From the NCBI RefSeq assembly GCF_006345805.1, contig NC_043006.1, positions 36,084,001 through 36,148,000 of the forward strand: DNA of 64,000 nt, in the 5' to 3' direction. The DNA comes from Octopus sinensis. Its lineage: Eukaryota. The position numbers and the translations under genes were made by a program. Each line of letters begins with the position of its first letter. Position 1 is the stretch's first letter. Of this stretch, positions 38,511 through 50,103 are shown piece after piece. The notes beneath the pieces are model-generated. The model worked only from the letters and a program-made list of their open reading frames with translations. It was not told the origin of the DNA and searched no databases.

Positions 38511-38716
38511 CGTGTGTTTGTATATGTATGCATCACTGTCTCCTTCTGTGTGCATGTCTGTGTGTGTGTGTGTGTTATGTAACTATGTACCATGTTTGTA
38601 TGTATGGATGTGTATCTTTATATGTGTGGATCCGTGGATCCATATGTGTTTGTTCATATAGCCTATATACCTATCCGTCTGTATATTGATCTGTTTATTT
38701 ATATATCTAAATGCTT
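38090..38716 (+). repeat. Inverted duplicate of chs copy B intron segment 25872-26380
   Basis: Unique-looking sequence (CTGTTGTGTCTGGGGAGAGTCATT...TTGCAACC) and its microsatellite mosaic match 26380->25872 in reverse complement. Confidence 0.88.
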
Positions 38717-38899
38717 ACATACAGAAATAAATAAATAATAAATAAAAAATATAAAAATAAAAAATATATAAAAATATATAAAAAATATATAAAAGATAAA
38801 AAATAAAAATATAACCAAAAAAAGTGATTAAAAAAAAGCATACATACACACTCACACCCACATACATACATACATACATTTATCTACTTAACAGTCCAC

Positions 38900-39250
38900 T
38901 AACTATTCTACTCTACCTGTGTAACTGTGGGTCTGGAGGTATGGTATTTATTGTGTATATTTCCTATTTAGTATTGGGGAAGTTTCATTTATAAGGACGT
39001 ACTCCCGTATTTGTCTAAGTGTTGGGTTTTTTGGGTACTTGGATAAGATGCGGATGTCAAGTTGACCCAAGTTACCTCCATGGTGGTCTTTGGCATGTTG
39101 GTAGAGTATGGAGGACTGTTTTCTGTCGTCATATTGTCTTAGATGTTCATTTATCCGTTCCGCAATGCTCCTAGACATCTTCCCTATGTACATTATGTTC
39201 GTGTCCTTACAAGCACCTTCTATGCATCTTATACTGTAAACTACATATAT
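38900..39250 (-). mobile_element. Penelope-like GIY-YIG endonuclease relic
   Basis: VVYSIRC...MYIGKMSRSIAERINEHL...LRQIREYVLINETSPILNRK matches the PLE GIY-YIG C-terminus. Confidence 0.85.
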
Positions 39251-39539
39251 ATATTCATATTTCAAAATAGAAAATTACCCTTTAATAGGTAATTTTTACA
39301 TGCTAGAAATAGCAGCCAACACGGCCAAAAAACCACAATTTAATAGCAAATTTCGAAGTAGATGAAAAATAAAAACTTTTACCTTGTTATTTAACGGTTA
39401 TACCATGGTTTCGAATTTCTTTAGCAAATAATATTACTTGCCATCCTTTAATAGATAATTTCGCAAGACCATATTATATATATATATGCCAAAAATTAAT
39501 TTACGAAGGTGTCATTAATTCTATTATCATCCAATGTAA

Positions 39540-39593
<54 letters not shown>

Positions 39594-39602
39594 TATATAT
39601 AC

Positions 39603-39633
<31 letters not shown>

Positions 39634-42600
39634 GCATGTATGTGTATACACATACACTGATTAGTAACCGTTGCAGTTGCAACCCTACTATAATACCAGT
39701 GCAGTTTCTTCAGGGTATTTACTTAATATCCTTCGATTTAACTGTTTAGTCCATTATTTCAAACCATTAAATGTACGTATGCATGTGTGTATTTAGGCAT
39801 GTGTGTGTATGTGCACGTAAACGCATCCCCAATCAGATTAGTTGGTAAAGTTTTTGTACAAACAACATAACATGAACTGATTTCATGAAGATTTTCAAAG
39901 AATTTTTATAAGAGAAATAGATGTACATACCATGTTTCTTTAGATTCGTGCTCGTGAAGGTGCAATAAGTAGAGAAAAGTGAGTTTGCTTAATGTAAAGA
40001 GGAATGTGTTTAAAATGAAGCCAATAATATTGAACAGGATCTGAAAAACAATAAATAAAAATGATAATAATCTTTTCTATTATTGGCACAAGGTCTGGAA
40101 TTTGGCAGGAGGGGACTTGTCGGTTACATCGACCCCATTGCTCAACTGATACTTATTTTATCGACCCTAAAAGGATAGAAGACAAAGTTGACCTGGGCGG
40201 CATTTGAACTCGGTGCGAGGTCCACTGGTAAGAGTATAGCACTCTTGATCATAAGATTCTGGTTTCAAGTCCCGGACTAGACAGTGTCATGTGTTCTTGA
40301 ACAAAATGCTCCATTTTACGTCGTTTCAGTCGTTGAGTAACCATGTAAGAGGCTGGCCACCTTTTTATGGGTTTGTGTTATGATCTCAGTCACTTGTACG
40401 CCACAGAAATTGGGTAAACGTTCCTAAGAATCCCAGGACCCGAGACAGCAATGTGTACGTGTTGATGATGATGATGATGATGATGATGATGACGACGACG
40501 ACGACGACGACGGTGATGATGAGGATGAGGATGACGACGACGATGATGAAAGTATAAATGTAGAATAGAGCTGAGCAACGTATATTAAAATCGAAATAAC
40601 GTGCTGAGAAAGCAAATTTTCGGTTTTGTTTTCTAAATTTCGCAGTGGATTAATGACTACTAAAATGCACTCTTCCTTAAACATTCAGATGAATATGCAA
40701 TGAAACTATTTAAAAAATTTATGACTATTAGCTGGTAACCCTCAAATGCTAAATAAACAGTAGAAGTGCTAATAATCCTTTGAAATGGAATCGAATATAA
40801 AAAGATAAAATTACATTCGATCTTTTAGAATTAAAACTAACAGATTCTGTACTGTATTCACAGAACGAAATTCCTGGATTACAAAGTGTATATTTGAAAG
40901 TAAATTCGAAGTTGACATTTTGTAAAAACTGATTACATTCTAAACTAATAAGATCTATATTCAGGTATGACAGCTACTATACAATTGTATATCGGATGTA
41001 AATCAATATAAATCTTCAATCCCAGGAAGAATAAGAATATTTAATCGACGTATATCCACACAGACATGTGTGTGTGTGTGGTGTGTGTGTGTGTGTGTGT
41101 CTTTCCTTCAAAGAAAGTTCAGTAGTAATTGTAAGTTATTTATGCTAAACTATTACTGACAAATTATTTTCTGTTGCAGCCATAACAGCTGTTTCCCTAC
41201 CACAAACGCACACATTTTTTCACGTACATACAATCTGGATCAAGCAAGTCGAGACGAAACCATTTTGTGGTTTCTCAACCTGTTAGAAAACAGATGTCAA
41301 ATAAATGTCTGAAATAACACCAGTACTTTTAAGAGGAAGTCACATTAGATAATGTTGTTCTAGATATACTTTATCAGAAAACAGAAAGACGAGATAGTCA
41401 CAAGGAACATCTTTGATAATAGGTTAGTTGGATCAAGTTTGACTTAGAACTAAACATCTGCCAGCGAGGATGATCTGTTACATTAGAATCAGAAACTTTT
41501 CAAATACGGTATTGGAGAGAAAAACCACGCAAATTTAATTATTGATTTTTAAATATCTTAGAAGAGAGGGGTGGTGTCTATGCTCCTTTAGAGGGCCTTC
41601 ACTTCGGTGACCTGAATGTTTTCTGGTAAGATTAGAAACAAACAACACTTTGGTAAATAATCGATCCATTCAGTCGAAATAAGCAATAAAAACATAAATA
41701 AAAACAAAAGTGAAGCGTCGATAAAATGATTTCGATTTAACTTCTCTTCGACATGGTTTCTTTCAGCAAAATCATTGCAGTATATTCGTTTCTACTATGA
41801 GCACAAGGCCTGAAATTTGACTTAAAGTTTCGTGGGCGAATACGACAATTCCGTCTTATTACATGGCTGGAGGTTCGGCATATAACTAATTAAATCTGTT
41901 GAGTGCTAATTTCTTTCGTTTGCTCACTCGTGTGAATATATATTTATTCACAGAGAAGTACAGATAGAGAGACAAAGAAAAAAGTCAGAGTGAAAAAGGT
42001 GGAGAGGGAACAAAGAGAGTTTTTTCTTCTTTATTATAAGCGTATGGTTTTTATGCTATTCAGTTAGCTGTTGAGACCAATTAAGGTAGTTAACCACCGG
42101 AAATTTAAAATGACAGAATAAAATTAAACGTTATTTACCTCAAAATTCATCTTAGTTCTTACGTTTTGAATGCAGAACCTTCAAAGAAAATCAAATAAAA
42201 CTGTTGCAATGTGTGAAGTTAGAATAAGCAGAACGAATGATACGATAACACAAACATCATAGCACTTCTAATATCGGCACTAAGAAACATTGAAGTGAAA
42301 ATGCTGGGTAATGACCGAAAGAGTACGATCATGAATACAAGAGAACAAAATGGGGGGTTCCTTCGAAGGAATTACCAAAAATCTATCTCTCCTAATATGT
42401 AGTTGGTACCTACCTACTTTATTGGGATATCACTTCAAATGCGTGAAAGAACTGCAAAATCTTTCCCAATTCATTCCCTACTGTCTAAGAAGACAACATT
42501 TTAGATATTGTATCCTAGCTGTATAGTGTCTGGAATAAAAACAACGGGATGGTCAGGGTTAGAATGTCTTTGGTTAAAAGTTTGCTCAATGATGGCTATG

Positions 42601-45018
42601 GCTGCTACTGGAACGTTTGAATTTACTCAAAGTATATCGTTATCCTCATTTTGAGTTCGGTAACAGAAAATTTTCAACCCTTGCACAGTATGCAGCAGCT
42701 ATCAAGGGCCGTCGACATCTTGTATTTGCAAGATTTTAGGCCAGAAGTCTCGCAAGATTACAATCTGTGACAAACACCTTTACATCTGAATGGGCTCTGT
42801 CAACATGAAAAGAATTGTCTCAGCTTAGGATACACCGAAATAGAACCCACAACATTACGGTCATAAACCCAAGAATTTAATAGTCTACGCTTTTTCACAG
42901 AACGTTAAAAGGCTGAATAAATATTGCAAATTATATAGCTTGGCGTTCTTTATTATTTTTTTAAAGTCCTTGATTAGTTTGTAGGACTGGAAGTCCCGAT
43001 TACGCTAAAGTATAGCTATGTACATTGTCATGTTTAGTGCTAGCATTTCTGGTTTATCAAGACTACGTTCCTGTACAAAACAATGTTTCAAAGTCAAACA
43101 TCACCATTGCCAGCACCATAATAAACGAGGCCAACCAGGGAACTTCAAAATGATAGCTTGATGTTCTAGAAATAGCAATCAAATTTTATGGCTGTGTTTA
43201 AACCACGAACTCAGAGTAAAGAAATACCGCCAGGTACTTTTAATTCGATTCAGTAATATTACTAAGGCTGTCGCGAAACTACAATCATATAAACAGTAAT
43301 TTTTTTTTCTCACTTTCACTAAAAGAAAATAATGGCTACACTGTCTGGAATTGTTTCATAAATTTAATTTCTAGTATACTTTTATCAAAATTTTGGAAAT
43401 TATTTTATCATTGAATATTTCATATACGCTCTTCAGTCACAAATCTCATCCGATGCGACATTTCAATTATTCTGTGAGGTAGTCCAGCCTCTATTTATAT
43501 TTCTGGAAAATATAAAGTTGCACTTTGTCCCAACTTTGTTTCTCTCATACGTTTTCATGATTTCATTACAATTACCCTGGAAGAATTCTGCTTTTGAGGA
43601 CCATTTCACCCTTTCCAGAAAATTCTCTGAAAAAAAATTTTGTAAAAAGCAGCACAATGCTATCCCTAATTACTGAATTCATATTTCTTTCATTATTTTA
43701 TGGTAATCGTTATCTGTTTTTTTTTTAAACAAGCTCAAAGGTGGTCTGTCCCCTACGTGATCGTTTAGTATGCTAGAAATATCAGGGACTACATGGGTCT
43801 CGAAAATAAGATTTTGCTTTCAAAATGATTGTAACTAAATCATTATATCAATGAGGAAACAAAGTCGAAAGGCATAAAATATTCCCCTCTGTTTTCCACT
43901 TCAAATTCTTATATAATCATAATCTAAAATATTAAGAATTTGAGAGTAGTATAAGACATGAGTTCGTGTGTGTCTGTGTGTGTGCGCATGTATGTGTGGG
44001 GAAGTGTTAGAAACCCGGAATGTGATTGGCAACATAGAATATGGCAAAAAAATGCGATATGTAGTGAAAAGCAACAGCTTGGACGTTGTTCTTATTGTTA
44101 TTACTTTTAGAGCGGTTTAGAGGGGATGGTCGTGTTATTTGCCCTTTTATGTGGATTTTTGTTTGTGTTTGAACGAGTGTGTAAAGATAGGGTTTTCCTA
44201 AATAGCTGTTCCTTCTAAGAATTCTGAGTGTGAATGATAATTGATAAATAATAAATGGTAATATTGATCATTATTTCAATCATGCAGAGTGAGATTGCTT
44301 ATACAACATCCAGTGACATTAAATATAGGCCATGGGTAGAAAGGGACTGAGGTTTTGCTTGATTTGTCATGGAAAAATAGAATGGTTCGTGGTAGCTTTC
44401 TCTTAGTACTAGTAATAGCAGCCAAATAAAAAATGAAAACTGACAATACAATCGAATAGCACTAAATATGAAAAGATGTAATAGGATGAAATTCATAGGG
44501 AAAATATATTAGAATATATAGGACAAAGTAATAAATAAATAAACATAAAAAACTTAAACATTAAAGTAAATAAAATCTTTGAAGTACAATCTACACAATG
44601 GTCTTCACACAGTTTCCGTTTATCTAATCTGACTCACGAAGCACGAGCCGATATGAGGATATAGGAAAAGACACTTGCTCAAGATATCACTTCACCCTGC
44701 AGGGAAGAACACTGGACCTTGTGTAACCATGGATGATCATCAATCACCTGTAGCTGAAACACGAAATCAGAATAGCTGCAAAGGAACAAAGCTGTGCTCA
44801 TGAAGAGGAAGTTACCTAAAAAGAAGTATACTATAAGTTGCAAGTATCACAAAAGGGATCAGCCGACAAAGACTATATCAGAACAACAAGCAAAAATCCA
44901 GACACAAACAACGAATCGAGATTCACGCAACACATAACTTGTTATGGAATATTTGTTGAAGAAATTCAGTAACTGTTCTGAAGCAGACATTAGTTAGAAT
45001 AATATAAAAAATAAATAC

Positions 45019-45260
45019 CTCGGCAAGTTGACTGTGTCAGTATTTATGTAAAATTTTCCAGGACATGCGCTGTTTATTTGGTTGAAAAATGAAAGATAAC
45101 TACGCAAAAATATGATTCGTGATGAAAAGAAATGAGGTGCTGTCACGTTATAGTCTCCAGAATATATATTTCGCAAACCGTGATACGATGGCGTAGCAAC
45201 GGTGGAAATAATACTAAGGAAGGCACAACAAAGCCTACACAAAGCAACAGCAATACAAAT
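45019..45260 (-). CDS. Candidate further upstream exon of chitin synthase copy B
   Basis: 242 bp open segment, ICIAVALCRLCCAFLSIISTV...TDTVNLPR. The AG|gtattt donor is phase 2, which fits the exon starting at 32963. The acceptor is weak and no diagnostic motif is present. Confidence 0.3.
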
Positions 45261-46509
45261 CTATCCACGAAATAATATAATAGTTTAAATAAATGTACAC
45301 TCCAAATTATATCCAAGCCATTCCGCAACTTTAGATATTATGGGTGAAATCAATGCAATAAACATCGGAGATGCTTTTCCTCACGCAGAAACTGCAGGAA
45401 CTGGTCAGACGCTTTGAAATTTCGGCTAACTCGCTTGCAATGCTGGAAACCCTTCCGTATCGTCAGCAGATATCTCAGGGCCACAAGTTTTTTTCTCCCC
45501 TTAGCCAGTATGCTTCGCCTGGGTGGGGACAGCGAGGACTGAGCTAGTCTTCATCTACAGAATGGTTCCACTTGCGGTCTCTTACTAACCATAGCAACCA
45601 TGAGCTACTTTCAGCTACCGTGCCTATTTCCTTGGTGGATTTCTATAATTTATGACGTAGAGAAAACAAATGCGTTAAAAATATCATTGCTGACTCAAGA
45701 TATGAAGTAGTGAAAAGTACAGCTTAAGCAATCAGGAAATCAGAATGTGAATGACAGTAATAGATGGGAACTACTGCACCAACCAGTGAATATGGGATGA
45801 ATAAATTAACGGTTCAAGTAAAACAAGAAACACGATGTTATTATGCAATAGAGAAGATGAGAAAGTAAGGCAACTAAATTAGCTAAAGAAATGCGATAAA
45901 GAGATGATCAATTTTAAGAAAGTAACAATGGGTTAAAAGGATCTATAAAACGATGTAAAGATAATCAACTTCGAACCGACCAATGAAACGTAGAACAGCT
46001 TTCAGTTTTATGAATTAAACTATTACTTGTATAGGCAATGCTCGATAAAACAATATTAGAAACCAGCCATTGAAAATGTATTACTAAGCCAGTTTGAGAA
46101 CAAGTATGTCATTGAAATTTCGTCATTCTGCGTGATCTTGAAATTGTTAGCAAAACACCAAATAATCATGCATTACCAACGAACAATTAAATTATTGTTG
46201 TGTGGCCAATATCACGCTCTCGCTACAAAAAAATTGTGAAGAACTGTGAGGACAGTTTTCAATTGAAACGCTATCCATTTCATTGTGAACCTATTTGGTT
46301 GCATGAAAAAAGTTAAGAAAGCATGGTTGTGTGGTAAGAAGCTTGCTTCCCAAACCACATAGTTTCAGGTTCAGTTCCACTGCGTGGCACTTTGGCCAAG
46401 CGCTTTCTACTATAGTCCCGGACCGACTTTTGAGTGAATTTGGCTGACGGAAATCGTGTGCAAGCTCGTCGTGTGAGTGGTAGAATCGTCAGCATGCCGT
46501 GTGTGATGC

Positions 46510-48170
46510 TTTGCATTTTTTTCGTCTGTGTAAGATGAATGGTTCAAGGTTGTATTTGTTTTGCGTAATTGCTTTGGATCTTTGCTGTCGCAGCAGTGGT
46601 GTTTCTTGAGAAATGGCAAGGAGGAACAGGTATTCTGACCTCAGTGAGTCGGACCTATCGACTTCGGAGGAGGAACTGGCGAGAGCGGTCAGCAGACTGG
46701 ATATGGCGTTAGAAGGAAGAAGGACTTTTGCAGGAGCGATGAAACCAACAAAAAAGGAGATTAACATTGCTAAGCTGCCAGATGGCCAAAAATTGGGGGA
46801 ATAAGGTAGGCGGTGACGTGGAATTGTCACCGCCAAGGAAGACGATGAAGAGTTTTGAAAGGAAAACTATAACTTACAAAGTATTTGCAACAGAAAAAAG
46901 GAAAATAGATTCACTCGGAATGGAAACCGTGGAGGAAGCATTACGGTCAACAGCAGAGAAAATAATATTCCTGACAAGAGGGAATAACTATGGTACTGTC
47001 GTTGTGCAGTTCGAGTCAGAGGCAGTCGCTAGGAGGATGGCAGCAAGGACTATCAAAACAGAAAAAGTAGTCCTTATGCTCTCGTATCTTGGCAGGAAAA
47101 CGTCCAGAACCAGGGTGGAAGGAATCCCGCCCGACATAGAAGCTGAATGGGTAGTGGCAGCCATTCTCATTGACAATGAGGATAAGGCAGATATACTTCA
47201 GGAAATGATTATGGATGAAGGCAACTGGGAAGGAGGAGTATCAGAGATGAGCGTACAAGCGGAAACTGAAGTCCTGGAACGCTTAACAGAGGTAATTACG
47301 ATGGGAGACATAAGTCTAGGAGTATGGATGGAGGGCAGAACTCCTCGATGTTTTAAATGTGGCCTGAAAGGCCACATAAAAGCTAACTGCCCTCCACAAG
47401 CGAAAGAACCAACGAAGCTACCCGTAAAAGAGGTAAAAGATATCCGGGAACCGCAAAAGGAACAGAGAAAGGCAGAAGAGGAAAAGAGGGAAGATCAAGC
47501 AGAATGGGAAATCAATGGTGAAAGGAAGTAGAGAAAAAGAAAGAAGGCAAGTTATAATGAACCCCAACCTATCCCAGCACCACCCACACCCTCTTCGTCC
47601 CACCCTTCCCCTGCAGACACAAAACCTACCCACTCCCCGCCAACAAGAAAGCAAATAATACACACACAGAACAACTTGCAAAATTCCTCTCCTGCTTTAG
47701 GTTTATGAGACAAGGAAGACGAGGACCTGTTGGAAATATTGAGGGACTGGGGTGAAGTCAAATTGCCGGATAGATGGGATGAGAAGGAGTGCTTGTAACG
47801 GGAAAGCAAGTGAAAGAACTGGAAAATGAACTGAACAATGTTTTATGTTTTTTTTGGGGGGGGGGGTTGTTTTTTGTTGTTGTTTTTTTGTTAGTAAGAA
47901 AGGAAATAGACCCGGGCGAGAAAAAAGAACTAGAAAAACAGTACGGTGTGAAAATAAGGGACTATGTATTTTTCGAAAGACTATAAGAGGATATAGGAAA
48001 AGAGGACAGGTAAGTGATGTTATCCGATGGGGCGAGTAACATCGCTTTCGTCTTTTATTTTCACCCTTTCATTTTTATCATACGTTTTGTTTTTGTTTTT
48101 GGCGTTTTATGTCCCCAATATGTTGTTTGTTTCTTATCTTTGTCAGTCCGTCCTGGGTAATAAAGAAATT
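46510..48170 (+). mobile_element. ORF1-only L1/Tx1-type element (HAL1-like)
   Basis: ORF1 runs from ATG 46613 (frameshifted) through a CCHC knuckle (RCFKCGLKGHIKANC). It is homologous to ORF1 of the LINE at 50104. A T-rich 3' UTR and AATAAAG follow near 48160, with no EN/RT visible. Confidence 0.7.
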
Positions 48171-49173
48171 GTGTGTGTATGCGTGTGTGTATGTGTGTGC
48201 GTGTCTGTGTGTGTGTGTGTGAGTGAGTGAGTGAGTGAGTGAGTGAGACAGTGTGTCTGTGTTAGTCTTCTACCACCGTTTGACATCCGATGCTGGTTCA
48301 TTTACGTTACTGTAACCCAGTAGATCGACAAAGAGCCCAGTAAAATACTAGACTTTGGGGTAGATTTGTTCAGCTAAACACAATAAGTCGGTGCTCCAGC
48401 ATTGCCGCTGTCCAATGACTGAAACAAATAGGAGACAAAAAAATCGTCACTTTGTTCTATACTTTTGGATCGGCAGCATGAGCACTTCAGAACTTTAGCT
48501 GTCCGCATTGATAATTTTTGCTTTTGACTGCCCATTTTGATTCAGCGCGTGGTGGTTGGATCCATTTAGTTTTACTTGGACCGCCCGCATCTTTAACGTG
48601 ACTGGACTGGCCTGGCGTCTGTTCGTCAGTTATAAAATGGGAAGTTCTGGCTCGTTAAGTCTCCAGGGAGGAAAGTTATATTACGAACGATCAAGAACTT
48701 TGATCGCGATTTGATTTCAAGTTGCAGTTTGAACAGATTTCAAGCTAGAATCTTAGAATTTATGCTTAGCATTTATACCAACCGCTGAATAGAAGTAACC
48801 AGAATTACTGTGATACTGTATTCAGGTTTTTCTTTAACTTTTATTCTACATTTTCATGAACATTAAATATTACGATTGAAATGTCTGCAGTTATAATAAA
48901 TGTTTCTTTGCGGTCTATTGTAATTTGCCTCTGAATTTATTTTTATTACCCATCTTGAGTTCATTTAACAAACCTTACTGCATTTCACACTTCCACATAC
49001 ACATCGGAGGTAAAAAAAAATACGCACACCATCCGTTTTCGGCGTAACAAAAACCCTAACCTTAGGCTAAAACCCTAACCCTAAATACTGGGTGTGCGTA
49101 TTCTTTACCTTTATGCTCATCAGAACGGCGTAAGCTATTTCTTTGACTTATATGTAATACTGGTATTTGTGGT

Positions 49174-49551
49174 GGAGGCGCAATGGCCCAGTGGTTAGGG
49201 CAGCGGACTGGCGGTCATAGGATCGCGATTTCGATTCCCAGACCGGGCGTTGTGAGTGTTTATTGAGTGAAAACACCTAAAAGTTCCACGAGGCTCCGGC
49301 AGGGGATGGTGGTGATCCTTGCTGTACTCTTTCACCACAACTTTCTCTTACTTCCTGTTTCTGTTGTACCTGTATTTCAAAGGGCCGGCCTTGTCACTCT
49401 CTGTGTCACGCTGAATATCCCCGAGAACTACGTTAAGGGTACACGTGTCTATGGAGTGCTCAGCCACTTACACGTTAATTTCACGAGCAGGCTGTTCCGT
49501 TGATTCGGATCAACCAGAACCCTCGTCGTCGTAACCGACGGAGTGCTTCCA
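49174..49551 (+). mobile_element. tRNA-derived SINE, family 3, full length
   Basis: A and B boxes present, ends in GAGTGCTTCCA. Degenerate flanking repeat ACTG(G/A)TATT(T/C)GT(G/T)GT. Confidence 0.88.
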
Positions 49552-49752
49552 CTGATATTCGTTGTTTTGTAGTTCTCTCTTTCAATCAGAAAGAAAAAAA
49601 GAAAGAAATGAACGAGAAAGTCCACCATTGAGGAACTTCAGCGCGGAGTTTAAAGGGCTGAACTAAATAACATAAAGTAGTTTGGCTGATATTATAATGA
49701 CACCTGTTATTTATCGTCCTTCATCAATGTCCAAGAATTATAACTCCCCCCC

Positions 49753-49789
<37 letters not shown>

Positions 49790-50103
49790 TTCATACATAC
49801 ATAATTGAATAAATTCATAATTCTTAGCTAAATAAAACTGATATCTAAAAAGAAAGAAAGAAAGCGTGATATTTGTAGAAGAGGGAGACAATGACGCACA
49901 TTTTTTAAAAACTGTTCTGAGCTGGCAGAATCGTTAGCACTCCGGACGAAATGCCATTAAGCATTTGATCAGTTTTTCTGTTCTGAGTTGAAAGGATTAT
50001 TATTACTGTTTCGTCGAGGTCGACTTTACCATTTATCCTTTCAGAGTCGAAAAAGCATGTAGTATTTTGCGAGCGGAGGGAGTTTTCATCACCAGCTGGT
50101 GAT

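Noticed and set aside
43575-43630. 51 bp minus-strand segment with good-looking acceptor and donor (ttttcag|AGAATT...CCAGG|gtaatt)
   Set aside because: No recognisable CHS similarity. Such sites arise by chance in AT-rich DNA.
44299-44496. Hydrophobic minus-strand ORF as a possible chs exon
   Set aside because: No convincing donor in a compatible phase and no CHS motif. The hydrophobicity is explained by T-richness.
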